The notes: generated from the letters alone by a model not told the origin. A stretch of 63,955 nt of DNA, filler included, from Barthelona sp. PAP020 (GCA_040182905.1; 4 parts of 4 records of this genome joined end to end with filler, not necessarily neighbours in it); one strand, 5' to 3'. Positions 19,037 through 30,494 are shown, numbered from the whole stretch's first letter. Numbers and translations are program-made.

Positions 19037-19591
19037 TCAGTTTTCTTTTTGAATATTTTCTTTTCCTTTTATTGAGTCCATATATTCTTTATAAATTCTT
19101 TTTTCTTCTAAATATCGGTCATTGTAAGGTTTCTTTTCTTCATCAGTCAATTTGTGCCATTGGTCAGCCAAAACACCTTGGGAGTTGATAGGTGATTCTC
19201 CTTTCTTGGAAACTCTATGTTCATTAGCATAATGAACAAATCCATTTTGAGGATATTTAATATGAGGAGGTAAATCAACTTTTTTTCTTTTTCTTTTCTT
19301 CTTCTTAGCTTCAGCATCGTCATTTGGCTCTTCAACGTGTCCCAACAATTTTGCACTGATGTATCTTTGTTTTTCCATTTGAAAACGGAATTGGTCATCA
19401 ATAGACAATTGTTGATATTTTTTCTTCTCGTCATCAGACAATTTGTTCCAATTTTTGGCCAATTCTTGACTCGTCTTTGCAAAAGATGCATCTTGACCAA
19501 GTTTTTCCTTAACTTCAGGTCTATGTTCTGTACAATAATAATAATATGAATTTCTTGGCAGTTTAGGAGGTTCTATCTTGGCAATTACCAT
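19037..19591 (-). CDS. HMG-box protein (two boxes)
   Basis: PKLPRNSYYYYCTEHRPEVK...ELAKNWNKLSDDEKKKY and KYPQNGFVHYANEHR...LADQWHKLTDEEKKPY. First ATG at 19591. Confidence 0.92.
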   Translation of the reverse strand: MVIAKIEPPKLPRNSYYYYCTEHRPEVKEKLGQDASFAKTSQELAKNWNKLSDDEKKKYQQLSIDDQFRFQMEKQRYISAKLLGHVEEPNDDAEAKKKKRKRKKVDLPPHIKYPQNGFVHYANEHRVSKKGESPINSQGVLADQWHKLTDEEKKPYNDRYLEEKRIYKEYMDSIKGKENIQKEN

Positions 19592-20550
19592 TTTTGCAAA
19601 CAATTGTTGAATAAAAAAAATTGAAAAATGGGAAAAGAAAGGACCTCATTTTGGGTGCCTGGTTTTATTCCCAATTTTTTCAAGGAAATTTCTGAATTTC
19701 TTCCATATTTTTTTGTTTTGTAAATTTTAAAAAGAAAATTCACCTAACAATTCTCAGTAGATTAGTGAAGATATAACAGAAAAAACACCTCACCTCTTTT
19801 CAAAACAAAAAATCATTGTTAAATAAAATTTATCAACAGAAATCGTTTAAACAACAAATTTGTTCTTTTTTCAAGACAATAGCTTTCAAAGAGCACAAAA
19901 AAGAGACAACTTAAAACAAAAAATAACAAAATAAATCAAAAGAGTTGACAATATCACCTTCTTTGACGCAATGGGCCAAAAAAAAAACAATTTTTCATTC
20001 TTAAACCCTGAAGACATTCGAATAACTCAAAAAGCGCTTGTCAAAGTTTTAGCCAACATTTGAACTTCAAAAAATAAACTTCATAGAAAATAAAGAAACT
20101 TAATACAAGAATATTTCCAAAATCACTTTCAAATATTAAACAAAATATTGATAAAAAAAACAAAATGAAACTAACTTCAAATAAAGACAGATACGTTTAT
20201 CTGCACAAAAGATGCGTATAATTCATCAAACAAGTGTGTTGAACCAAAAGTCCACGCCCGCAAAAAATTATTAAAAAAAAGAAAAAAAACAAAAGACATT
20301 AAATAACAACATATAAAAGCAACCAATTATATATAATTAATATTTTGCACAAATGTTAACAAAAACTATGTGAACTAAGAATGTCAATTTAAAAAGATTT
20401 AACATGAATCAAACAGAACATTATAGCCTATTTTCAAACAAATTATTCATAAATATAGCGCTAAATGATTCAAAACAATTTAATCACTTGGAAAAGAAAG
20501 AGTAAAAAAAAAAAAAGATAAAACAGAACATACAGATTTTTCTTCTTTAA

Positions 20551-23500
20551 ATGCCCCCACGAAGAGGTACAAGAGGAGGATTACGAGGGCGATCTTCTGC
20601 TCGAGCTAGAGGAAATCGAGTAGTCCGAGGAAAAGGAGGTCCTACAAGGTCCAGAACTCCTTCACAATATAATCGGACACAAAGTTATGAGGAAGAAAGC
20701 AGTGATGATGGATCTTATGATTCATCAGATGATGATGAACAGGTTATCACTCCTCAGATACCTTCGTTAAGTCCTGCCTTAAAAAATTATATACCTCCTG
20801 ATGGCTATAAAAAATATGTTGATAAACAAAATCATGTATATGTGCACCCTATTGATAAGAATTTAAATGATTTAAACACACTCTACAGAGTTGTTTTTGA
20901 CCCAAATTCACAAAAAATTTTTTATGGACATATGGGAACCAGGACGTCGGTGTGGGATTTACCAAAAGTTGTACCTGCAAAAGAACAAAATTTTTCACCA
21001 CAAAATACCCCTGATTTGGAAACGGTAACTCCAAAACCTCCTGATGATGTACGAAAATCAGTAAAACCCAAAGAAAAATCAAGAGAGAGGATAAGAAGAA
21101 CTTCTGTACATTCAAAACAAGTTGACGAAAAAACAAAAGAAAGTAATTTGTTGAAAGAGAAAGAACCGGAAACCCAGAATTTACCCTTAGAAAAAGCGGT
21201 TAAATCAGAAACTTCAAAACCTACAATTGTAACAAAAGAAAATAAGGATGCGAAAAGAGAGTCAGAACCTGACGTTATCAAACAAAATACAAACATAAAT
21301 AAAGAAGAAAAAGTTGACCTCAAAGAATCAATGGAACCAAAAGAAAAAGATTCTCAACAGCCAAAAATTCAAATAGACAAACCAACAGATGAAATTCAGT
21401 CAAAATCAACCACAAAAAACACATTAAAAGCAGTTGAGCACATAAGTGAGCAGGACAAAGTTATTCCTTCCAATAAGAATACTTTAATAAAGATAGGAGA
21501 AACAAAATCAACTGAAGATACCTCTGTTTCCGCTGTTGAAAATGTAGCTGGTTCAACTAATAAGTTAATAGCGAGTTCAGTTGGTGATGTAACTCAGAAC
21601 AGTTCAAGCGATGAAGTGCAAGGGAAAAAACACATGGAATCGCCTGTACAATCGATTGTTGAAGAAAAAAAAGAACCAAGTGTTAAAGCTGTTGATGCTT
21701 TATCTCATGAAGATAATAATAGTGTTTTAAAAATTGATGAAACTGAAGAAAAAAGTGATGTCAATGATACCGACGCCATCAAAGAAAGTGAAGATATTAT
21801 GGGGAAGCAAGAAGCAATCAAGTCAGTTGTTGTATTGGATTCGAAAGCTCCTCCAAAGAGTCCAAAAAAACATGTGCCCAAACCTTCCGATTATTTTGTT
21901 GCTCATGAAGAATTTCACGAAGTTAAACATGTGTTAATACTTGCGTTTGACAAAAATAAAAGTTCTTTAATGATTTTTAACAATGAATTGCCATTGATGC
22001 CTTTGCAAGCAGGCATTGATACAAAGGCTGATAATTATGACTCCATATTGTTGGAATTGACCAGAGGAATAAACAAGGATTCTACACATTGTTATGACGA
22101 AGTGTATGTTCAATCTTTGATCGTATCTGTACAGATATTTGCCTCAAAATTAGGTATTGTTCAACCAAAATTGGACATCTGTCCTGTACCAACCGTCATT
22201 AACAACAATTTAGCATATATTGTTGGTTTTGAGTTTGATGGGTTCTTGAAGAAAAATTGGAAATGGTTGGATTTAGATGATTTCTACTTGAAGTATGCTG
22301 AAGAATCTTGTTCTGAAGTGGGATTCAAAGTTTTACATGATTATTGTTCATGTTATGCAGAAAAAAGCCTATCAACCGTTGAAGTAGGGAGCATATTTTA
22401 TAATGAATTCAGCTCAACACATGTATTGGTGAAAGATGATTTTAGCTTTCTAAATTTGGAAAAGTTTGAGGAAATTTATGAAAAGAACAAGGATCAATGT
22501 CAATCGAAAATCAATATTCCGAAAACAAATGGTATCAATGCGTGGAAAATACCTGAGATTGTTGGAAAATGTATGTTCTTGAAGAAAAAAATTCAAATTC
22601 CCAACACTAGATGGATTTCTATTGAATTATGTGAAATGTTAATGTTTAGAAGACATTTTAAATATTTAGGGAACGTTGTTTCAAATTTTTTGAATAAAAA
22701 TTTCACAAATATTGAAAGTGAGCAAAAATTCTATAAGATTTTTTTCAGTCACTTTCCCATTCAAATTCAATTTTGTTGCAGCTATTCTGGTGTCACTAAA
22801 GGTGTTATTGAAGCATATCCTGAATTTTTCAATCTAATTGCGAAGAATGGTTTGTCTACTGTACTGTCATCATTAAAGAATCGAGTAGATGTGAAAGAAA
22901 CTCCTTTTATTGAAGAAATTTGTAAAATTGAGTACATTTCCCGTCAATTTAGAAATGAAGATTTATTGGATTATCAACCAGACATGGATTTTGTTGATTT
23001 ATTTAATGAGCCCCATGGGTTTAATGTGTTGTGGATAAATAGTTTAACAAAGGAGATAATTGAAAAAACCCTTGAAGAATGTGTTGATATTCCAATCTAT
23101 TGTGAATGTCAAGGTGTTATTGATGATATAATGAGTACTTTGGAGACAATGGAAGCATTAGGTGAAGATTGCAATTTATTATTTAAAGAAGCTAAACTGC
23201 AGGAGGAAGCCATTAGGAAAGGTGCAGTTGAATTGGAAAATCAAATAAAAGAAAGGAATTGGGAATTGTTCGAAGAGTTTGACATCAAAAATTTGAAAGA
23301 TGATCGATTGATGAAAGAAAATCAATCATGGGAATATAAAATTCGATGGTGCAGTGATAAATTTAAGAATTTAATTGATTTAGTTGGTAGTTTTATGGAT
23401 TATTTGGATGAATTAGAAGAAATTGAGGTTATGATACCTGTAATTAGAAAATTGGAAGAGGAAGAAGAAAAAAGACTCTTAACAAAGAAAACTGAAGAAG

Positions 23501-24501
23501 AGAAGAAGCCTTGGAAAACCACTGCAAGTTCAAAAACAAAGATTAATTTTAAAAAGACTGAAATGACCAAGAAAGGAAAGAAGGACAGAAATGAAAAGAA
23601 GGAACGTGTTATGAAAACAGAAGAAAAAATTGAAATTCCGCAAATTGTTGTCAAATTACCAGAGATGATGATTAAACACGCATTTAATCATAATTCTACT
23701 AGCCTGCTCAAAGATGATGGAGATTTAAGTGACAAAACATCAACATTGCCAACCAAATTTGAGAAACAATCAAAGAGTTTGAAAAACGAATATGATTCGA
23801 TAAAAGCCAAGCTTTATGAAAAAATGGAACATTTGCCTGATGATTTGACCATTACAAAGCCAAAAACAATGACCAAACAACAAAAACAACAGCAATATAC
23901 ACAGACGTTTACCATACAAATCAATGAGGAATCTTTTGAAATCCCCATCAATTTATTAAAAAATTGTAAGTTAATATTACCGACCCAAACATTCACAAAG
24001 TTAAAACGTGTCAGTCTTGAAGCAGTTGAATTTGTTTTGCAGTTCTTAAGTAATCCTGAATCAATTGTTTGTAGTGATATTGAGGAATATAACGAATTGA
24101 TGGATTATTTACCTTCAAACCAATTAGAACAATGTATTGGTGTTTGTTTACAATTGGGTGAATATTTCTTGATGGTTTGGTTATTTTCAAGAATGTTGTT
24201 TTTGAATGAACTTGATTTTGAGCAGATTCTGTTGTTTTGTCACAAAAGTTTTTTGAACAATCTAATTTTGGACGAGATTATTGAAGTTGATCGTTTTTTT
24301 TCATCGTCAGAATCTGCTTGTACAGAACAAATCAATCAAGTAATTGACATTTTGTATTGTTTATTTTGTTGGAAGAGAAAAAATAACTTCAATCAATACT
24401 TTAAAATGCACATCTTTAATAATTTTCTTGAATTCTATTGTTTATTTCAAAATAGTTGGAATTTTATCGCTTTGGAATTGGACCAATTGATGGAAATGTA
24501 A
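20551..24501 (+). CDS. Large multidomain protein: RG-rich N-terminus, WW-like domain, low-complexity linker, possible C-terminal BTB-like region
   Basis: PPRRGTRGGLRGR...; YRVVFDPNSQKIFYGHMGTRTSVWDLP (WW-like); FTIQINEESFEIPINLL...VSLEAVEFVLQFL (BTB-like). Confidence 0.6.
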   Translation: MPPRRGTRGGLRGRSSARARGNRVVRGKGGPTRSRTPSQYNRTQSYEEESSDDGSYDSSDDDEQVITPQIPSLSPALKNYIPPDGYKKYVDKQNHVYVHPIDKNLNDLNTLYRVVFDPNSQKIFYGHMGTRTSVWDLPKVVPAKEQNFSPQNTPDLETVTPKPPDDVRKSVKPKEKSRERIRRTSVHSKQVDEKTKESNLLKEKEPETQNLPLEKAVKSETSKPTIVTKENKDAKRESEPDVIKQNTNINKEEKVDLKESMEPKEKDSQQPKIQIDKPTDEIQSKSTTKNTLKAVEHISEQDKVIPSNKNTLIKIGETKSTEDTSVSAVENVAGSTNKLIASSVGDVTQNSSSDEVQGKKHMESPVQSIVEEKKEPSVKAVDALSHEDNNSVLKIDETEEKSDVNDTDAIKESEDIMGKQEAIKSVVVLDSKAPPKSPKKHVPKPSDYFVAHEEFHEVKHVLILAFDKNKSSLMIFNNELPLMPLQAGIDTKADNYDSILLELTRGINKDSTHCYDEVYVQSLIVSVQIFASKLGIVQPKLDICPVPTVINNNLAYIVGFEFDGFLKKNWKWLDLDDFYLKYAEESCSEVGFKVLHDYCSCYAEKSLSTVEVGSIFYNEFSSTHVLVKDDFSFLNLEKFEEIYEKNKDQCQSKINIPKTNGINAWKIPEIVGKCMFLKKKIQIPNTRWISIELCEMLMFRRHFKYLGNVVSNFLNKNFTNIESEQKFYKIFFSHFPIQIQFCCSYSGVTKGVIEAYPEFFNLIAKNGLSTVLSSLKNRVDVKETPFIEEICKIEYISRQFRNEDLLDYQPDMDFVDLFNEPHGFNVLWINSLTKEIIEKTLEECVDIPIYCECQGVIDDIMSTLETMEALGEDCNLLFKEAKLQEEAIRKGAVELENQIKERNWELFEEFDIKNLKDDRLMKENQSWEYKIRWCSDKFKNLIDLVGSFMDYLDELEEIEVMIPVIRKLEEEEEKRLLTKKTEEEKKPWKTTASSKTKINFKKTEMTKKGKKDRNEKKERVMKTEEKIEIPQIVVKLPEMMIKHAFNHNSTSLLKDDGDLSDKTSTLPTKFEKQSKSLKNEYDSIKAKLYEKMEHLPDDLTITKPKTMTKQQKQQQYTQTFTIQINEESFEIPINLLKNCKLILPTQTFTKLKRVSLEAVEFVLQFLSNPESIVCSDIEEYNELMDYLPSNQLEQCIGVCLQLGEYFLMVWLFSRMLFLNELDFEQILLFCHKSFLNNLILDEIIEVDRFFSSSESACTEQINQVIDILYCLFCWKRKNNFNQYFKMHIFNNFLEFYCLFQNSWNFIALELDQLMEM

Positions 24502-24853
24502 AATTGCATAATTATAGTTTTTTATTCTTCTTTTTGTTTTTTTGACTTCAATAGAACTTTTCTAAGTCAAAGACTTTAACAAAAATGACTTACAGTTCAA
24601 ACAAAACTGTGTGTTGGTAAATAGAAAGAAATAATGTCTTTTCAATTCAGATTTTTGAAATTAAACGGAACTTTTGAAACTTTTATTTTCTCCAAAAAAG
24701 AAATCAGAAATTTTAGAAAGGTTTACTGGTTCAAAATTATTAAGAAAAATGAATGGATGCTCTTTTTGAAACTGATCATCAAAATTGAAATTGTAGCTGC
24801 TATGTTTTTCCCCTTTTGAATAAGCTGAAGAAATACATTTTCTCATTCCTTTT

Positions 24854-24995
24854 AAATTGGTCCAGTTGTGAAACAACAATATTTATTTACAAAGAAAGTA
24901 AACTCAGAAAACTCATTCAAGCAAATTTCAGTTAAAATCCCAGGAGGGGAATTCAGGAACTGAAATGTAATTGGAACGATCAAGTGGGAGAATTT
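24854..24995 (-). repeat. Dispersed repeat R3, inverted copy
   Basis: Reverse complement of 51364-51505 (GAAATGTAATTGGAACGATCAAGT, CCCAGGAGGGGAATT). Confidence 0.9.
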
Positions 24996-25235
24996 CAGAG
25001 AAATTCCTCATTCCTATTTTTTTGTATTATTAGATATTTATGAGGTATGAGTTGTTCAGTGAACAACGAAACGAGTTAGCTTAAGGTTTGGGGAAAACTC
25101 ACGTGGATTCAGATGCCCAAGTAACTTAAAAAATTGGACCTAAAGATGGTCAAGAAACAACAAAATAAAGGAAGTGATATTTGATGACCTCTTTATATCT
25201 CCAATAAATTCCGTTCATTGAGCATGAACTTCCAC

Positions 25236-25388
25236 ATTTTTGCAAAAGCAAAATTTTAAAGTTTGAACTTTACCTTGAAAAATCTAAAGTTTTTCAACAG
25301 ATCAATCGGGCCTCGAAAGCCTTTAACCAAATAAACACTATTTTTTCTTATTCACTCATACGCACAGTGCTTCTTGGCTTGGAAATAA
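25236..25388 (+). repeat. Dispersed repeat R4, copy a
   Basis: TTTTGCAAAAGCAAAATTT...AAGTTTTTCAACAGATCAATC...TTAACCAAATAAA...TTATTCACTCAT...TTGGAAATAA recurs at 63266-63421. Confidence 0.9.
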
Positions 25389-25567
25389 TTGATTTTAGTT
25401 TGTCTGAAAGTATTTCAGCTTGATTCTTTCATTTAAAACTTAGTATATATGCTACTTTTGGACGTTAAACTAACATGTGTAAAAATAAAAGATTGGAAAA
25501 AAAAAAATTATTAACATTTTAATTTATTTTATTTTATTTTATTTTATTTTCAACTGCACAAAAATAT

Positions 25568-27937
25568 TTACAGACAATCATCCCATTCATCTCTTAAATA
25601 ACTAGATGATGTTGAATTTTTGTTTGAAGAACTTTGAGATGATTTTAATCTCTTTGAAGTTCTAAGCAAACTGGAATCTGGATCAACATGTCGTTCATCT
25701 TCAAAAATATTTAATTCATTGAAATCAACACTATTAGAATACATGTGACCTTGATATTGCTTTGGATTATTGTTTGGATTTTTCAAAGTTGTCTTTTTAT
25801 CAAAATTAATCAACAAATTTGTTTGACTATTACTAGCAGAAAGACTTTGTGATGGGTTTGGATTATTATTAGCAAAACTATTGTAATTACTGGAACTGAT
25901 CCAATCATTCACATTGATGGTATCTGGAGTGGCAGGAATAACCAAATTTTCTTCGACAATGAAGGAATTATCATTGTTCAATAATCGATAAATAGAATCA
26001 AAAAACCTTTTTTTATCCACCACACCAACTAACTTTCCTTGATTCAGAACATATATAATAGACACCTTTTCACAGAAAAATAAATCAAAGATAAGGGTAA
26101 CTTTGGTGTTTAACCCAATTGAAATAAATTCCGAACACAAATAAGGTTCAACAATTTCCAATGCTTGTAATTCAGTAATAGTGGAGTTTTTCTTGTTGGA
26201 AAAATTGTCTAACATCAACTTTGCAACCTTATTTTGGATGACCCCCAACATGATCATATCATCCGTCAATACGGGATACTCATCAAACAAATTTAAAGGA
26301 TTGTAGAGAATGTCATGCAAGTCTTCAAATGTCACAATTTGATTAAAGAATTTGAATTTGCTGTTCAAAATATTTCGAGCTCGAATATTGGTATTTTTGA
26401 GGTTAACTGGCCGCTTCAAGTATATTTTGTTGAAATATGTTAGTATAAAATTTTCACGACGACTTTCACCAAATAATTCTCCTATATTCTGCCCAATAAA
26501 ACATGTGAACCCACAAGCTATGATTAAAGAGGAATCTCCACTAAGATCAATCGCTAGGAGAATAAATGGGATGGCTTCTCGTTTATCTGCAGCCAAAAAC
26601 GTCATGGCTCCAATTAAGGCAAACAACCCAGGCTGAATACTACCTGTAGTCGAAGATACACCAAATAACTGATAATGATTAATCAGTATGCCAAAAGCAC
26701 GGCCAAATAATCCACCCAACAAAAACTGAGGAATTAATTCACTACCAATCAATGGCGGGCCATCACAAAAACTACTGATTATGAACAAAACAAAAAACGA
26801 TGCAACCAATGAAAAAAAATCATCCATGGAATAAAGTTTAGAAAATAATGAGCTCATTTGATCTCCAAAAATAGGTAATAAAGGAGATAAATACCATGAA
26901 GACAAAGAAGTGACCAAACCCAAAACAGTTAAATGAAACCAGGAATATTCCTCGAAAAACTTTCTTCGTATCAATTGAAACCAATTTGAGAAATAACTCC
27001 AAATTGAGGCAAAAAACCCAATAAAAATTGATTGAATCAACAATGGAACAAGGATAATCAAAGAGTAATTTGATGGTTCAATCAATTCTGAGTAATTATA
27101 GAGAATAGCTGCTGATTTATAAAAGATGAATGATTTGAACATTGAAAAAGATGTCAAATACTGAGTTATCAAAGGTGTCAATATGGAAACAAACATCAAA
27201 ATAGGTAAATTCCGAGAAGAAGCGGGTAAATTACTTGGTAACAACAAAAATAATACAAAAGAAAGTGCAAATAACGGGCTACCAAACAATGAAGCAATTG
27301 CACAACTAATACCTGTTGCGGTAATGAACTTAATATCAACATGGGGTATAAAACGATGAAAATAATGGCTTATAAAACAGGCAACAAAACCTAATGGTAA
27401 TATTGGACCAATAAAAAAATTTGAGCCGAATGATAGAATGATAGAAACAAAGACAATCATGACAAATTTTGGTGTATATATGTTAGAAAAATTGTCCTGT
27501 GATACTAAACCACTCAGAAAATCTTTTAAAAAAATCATTGGTTCAAATCGAGAACATATGGGAAATATAGAATTAAAAGAACCAATTATAAAACCAGATA
27601 ACATCGTAAAACTAATCCATGACGCTAAAGCCATCAAATTGGCAAGATAAGAATGTCGAAAAACCACTATCAATCGACTATGAAATTGAAACAACATCTC
27701 ACTACAAAATCCAAATACTAAACAAACAATACTAATAACCAATGACAAAGTGACAGCTACCAAAAACAATGAAACCATTTCTTTGATCCATTTTTGAAAT
27801 GACACCCTATTAATTGTCGATATTTGGTTTTCTATACTTATTTCGACCTCTTCTTTGTCCAATAATGGTATGTTTTCTCCATCTTTCGACTTCATTGAAA
27901 TAAAAAAAGTTACCTGTCTTTTTCTCTTGTTTGACAT
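25568..27937 (-). CDS. CLC chloride channel/transporter family protein with CBS domains, degenerate filter motifs
   Basis: ATGISCAIASLFGSPL, GSELIPQFLLGGLFGRAFG, QPGLFALIGAMTFLAA, and C-terminal CBS-like YPVL...MLGVI and IYVLNQGKLVGVV. Confidence 0.85.
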   Translation of the reverse strand: MSNKRKRQVTFFISMKSKDGENIPLLDKEEVEISIENQISTINRVSFQKWIKEMVSLFLVAVTLSLVISIVCLVFGFCSEMLFQFHSRLIVVFRHSYLANLMALASWISFTMLSGFIIGSFNSIFPICSRFEPMIFLKDFLSGLVSQDNFSNIYTPKFVMIVFVSIILSFGSNFFIGPILPLGFVACFISHYFHRFIPHVDIKFITATGISCAIASLFGSPLFALSFVLFLLLPSNLPASSRNLPILMFVSILTPLITQYLTSFSMFKSFIFYKSAAILYNYSELIEPSNYSLIILVPLLIQSIFIGFFASIWSYFSNWFQLIRRKFFEEYSWFHLTVLGLVTSLSSWYLSPLLPIFGDQMSSLFSKLYSMDDFFSLVASFFVLFIISSFCDGPPLIGSELIPQFLLGGLFGRAFGILINHYQLFGVSSTTGSIQPGLFALIGAMTFLAADKREAIPFILLAIDLSGDSSLIIACGFTCFIGQNIGELFGESRRENFILTYFNKIYLKRPVNLKNTNIRARNILNSKFKFFNQIVTFEDLHDILYNPLNLFDEYPVLTDDMIMLGVIQNKVAKLMLDNFSNKKNSTITELQALEIVEPYLCSEFISIGLNTKVTLIFDLFFCEKVSIIYVLNQGKLVGVVDKKRFFDSIYRLLNNDNSFIVEENLVIPATPDTINVNDWISSSNYNSFANNNPNPSQSLSASNSQTNLLINFDKKTTLKNPNNNPKQYQGHMYSNSVDFNELNIFEDERHVDPDSSLLRTSKRLKSSQSSSNKNSTSSSYLRDEWDDCL

Positions 27938-28170
27938 CTTTTTTAGAACGTTTCTTTTCTTAAAGCAGAATTTCAGAAGTTATTTGAGTGCCAAACGGAT
28001 AATTTATGGTTATAACAATTTCTGTCAAATAACAGTCTTGTAAATCTTCTTTTTTTTTGTATGTGTTTATTCAATTTTCATCCAGTTCTACAATGTTAAG
28101 TTTCTATTTTTTTTTTTGGAAAAATGAAAAAAGTCATCAAAATTCCCCAATATTTTTTTTATTTTTTAAA

Positions 28171-29448
28171 ATGTTGTCATTAAAACTCATAATTGGTTTA
28201 ACAACGTTTGTTTGGGTTTGTTTTGCTGTGAAAAGCAAAAATCCCGTGATTTTTATCAACCCTTTTTTGGGTTCTGCCTTGGAGGGTAAGATTCATCAAT
28301 CACATCCTGATCATTGGTATTGTAGTAAGAGCAGTGATTATTTTGGCATGTGGTTTGAATTGCATCATGCTTTGCCTTTGGCTTCAACATGTTTATTTAA
28401 TCATCTTGATTTGACTTATAATCCTGTAACAGATCGTTATTATAATCATAGTGGTGTTGATGTTAGACCTGCTAGATTTGGTGACACTTATGGAGGTGAA
28501 TGTATTTTTAGAGAAGGAGATATTTGCTTGCATAATATGGCTCCAATTTATGAATTGGCTAATGAATTAGAAAAACATGGTTGGACTCGTGACTATAACA
28601 TTCATTCTGCCACATATGATTTCAGATTACCCCCTCAAGAAAATGAGAAGCGTGGTTGGTTCAATTTGTTAAAGGCTTTGGTTGAAACTACATACAGACG
28701 TAACAGTAATAAAAAAGTGATCGTTACTGCTCACTCTATGGGAGGTATGATGGGAACACATTTCTTCAACATCATGTCCTCAGAATGGAAGGACAAATAC
28801 ATTGACTCTTTCCATATTGTTGCTTCTCCGTTGGCTGGTTCTTTAAAGGGTTATGAAGCTTGGTTTTCAGGTGAAACAGAAATGGTTACTAAACTTGGTG
28901 TTGAACTTGTTGATATTCAAGCATGGAAACGTTTAGTGTTTTCCTGGGGTAGTCTTGGATATTTCTACCCTCGTGAGGAAGTGTTTGGAAATGAAATTGT
29001 GATTACCACTCCAACCAAGAAATTTACTAGCAAGATCAGTGATGTTAAGAAGGCCTTATCCCAAAGAAAAGACAGACGTTCAACTCTTCAAAATGCTGCT
29101 GTTCAACATTTGGATACAAAGAAAGTGTTCCCTGTGCAAAGAGCTTCTCCAGGTGTTGATGTTCATTGCCTTTGGTTTATTGGATCACCTACAACCAAAA
29201 CATTGCATTATGATACTGAAGATTACAGTAATCCCCCAACAAGAACTACCACCACTTTGGGTGATGGAACAGTTTTGGCAAAATCAGCTTCTTTTTGCAA
29301 AAATTGGGCGAACACTTCTAAATATCCTGAAATGAAAGGTAAGAAATTATTCACAAAGGAATTTGTCAAAATTGATGTCAAACATAATCATGCTATGCAA
29401 GAAGAAGAAGTTTACAATTACATTGTTAATTATGCTCGTACATTGTAA
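28171..29448 (+). CDS. LCAT / lysosomal phospholipase A2 (PLA2G15)-family lipase
   Basis: Signal peptide from ATG 28171; PVIFINPFLGSALE, YDFR, AHSMGG nucleophile elbow, GDGTV, and C-terminal His (KHNHAM). Confidence 0.9.
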   Translation: MLSLKLIIGLTTFVWVCFAVKSKNPVIFINPFLGSALEGKIHQSHPDHWYCSKSSDYFGMWFELHHALPLASTCLFNHLDLTYNPVTDRYYNHSGVDVRPARFGDTYGGECIFREGDICLHNMAPIYELANELEKHGWTRDYNIHSATYDFRLPPQENEKRGWFNLLKALVETTYRRNSNKKVIVTAHSMGGMMGTHFFNIMSSEWKDKYIDSFHIVASPLAGSLKGYEAWFSGETEMVTKLGVELVDIQAWKRLVFSWGSLGYFYPREEVFGNEIVITTPTKKFTSKISDVKKALSQRKDRRSTLQNAAVQHLDTKKVFPVQRASPGVDVHCLWFIGSPTTKTLHYDTEDYSNPPTRTTTTLGDGTVLAKSASFCKNWANTSKYPEMKGKKLFTKEFVKIDVKHNHAMQEEEVYNYIVNYARTL

Positions 29449-29930
29449 GACTTTAATGTTATAAAAGTGTTATTATTATTTTATTTCTTTTATTCTTTTT
29501 AGATACCATGATTGATTTGATTATTTCAAGTTTAATTATATTATCTTTTCTTTTAATGGGACTCACAATTACAGTGTGGTTTTGTTGTCACAATTCAATT
29601 GAAACAATGTTTGAAAAAGATTTTAACAGAAAATTTAATTCCCATAAGCGAAAAGAACAGTAATTTTACCATTTATTTTTTGTTTTAACAAATTATTAAA
29701 CCCAAATAGATGAACAATGGATGATTTTTCGATTCTTTTATTTTGACTATTATTTAGGTTATATGGGTGAATTTCATTCTTATCCCAATTCACAAAGCTT
29801 GCTTCCAAATAAAAATTATTAAAAAAAAATGTAGGAGACTCACTTTTATAAAGAACAATCCAAACACAAATTGCTTTTTGTTATAATTGATTGAAACTTG
29901 ATTTGTAAAAACTCATCTTTTTTTCCTTCT

Positions 29931-30419
29931 TTAGTGAAATTGAAAATAGTGTTTGATTCTTTGAAAAAGCTCATACCAATCATCTTGTTCAATATGATCA
30001 ACATCCATCGGTTCACAAATTTTTAACGAATTAAAGCATAAAATTCTTTCTGCTGAATCATTTTGCCTTGAATGCAAAATATTAATCTGATCTCCAATAA
30101 AATTAATGGTCAATTGATAGCAATCAACACTTTCATCAAAAAATTGCATAATACCAATAATTTTAGGTATTTCTTTTGAATTCAACAAAGTTGCAATGAA
30201 ATCAAAGCCTTTCAAGGATAAATACAATGGAGTTTTTGCGAGACCCTTTGTCTTCATCCTTGATTTTGCCAAATCCATAAAATATACAGACATTTCATTG
30301 AAATAATCATTTTTCAATTTTTCAATTTCGTATTCTGTCTTTTCCAAATCAACAATTTTTTCAAAGTATGTCTTGAATTCAGGAACTATTTTTAACTCAT
30401 CATTGGATAAATGAAACAT
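29931..30419 (-). CDS. Hypothetical protein
   Basis: About 162-aa ORF from ATG 30419 with protein-like composition, divergent from the next gene. Confidence 0.55.
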   Translation of the reverse strand: MFHLSNDELKIVPEFKTYFEKIVDLEKTEYEIEKLKNDYFNEMSVYFMDLAKSRMKTKGLAKTPLYLSLKGFDFIATLLNSKEIPKIIGIMQFFDESVDCYQLTINFIGDQINILHSRQNDSAERILCFNSLKICEPMDVDHIEQDDWYELFQRIKHYFQFH

Positions 30420-30494
30420 AAAACAATAAAAAAATATCAAACAAATAAAAAGCTCTTCCCAGATTTCCTTTCACATCATTTTATCATTAATATC

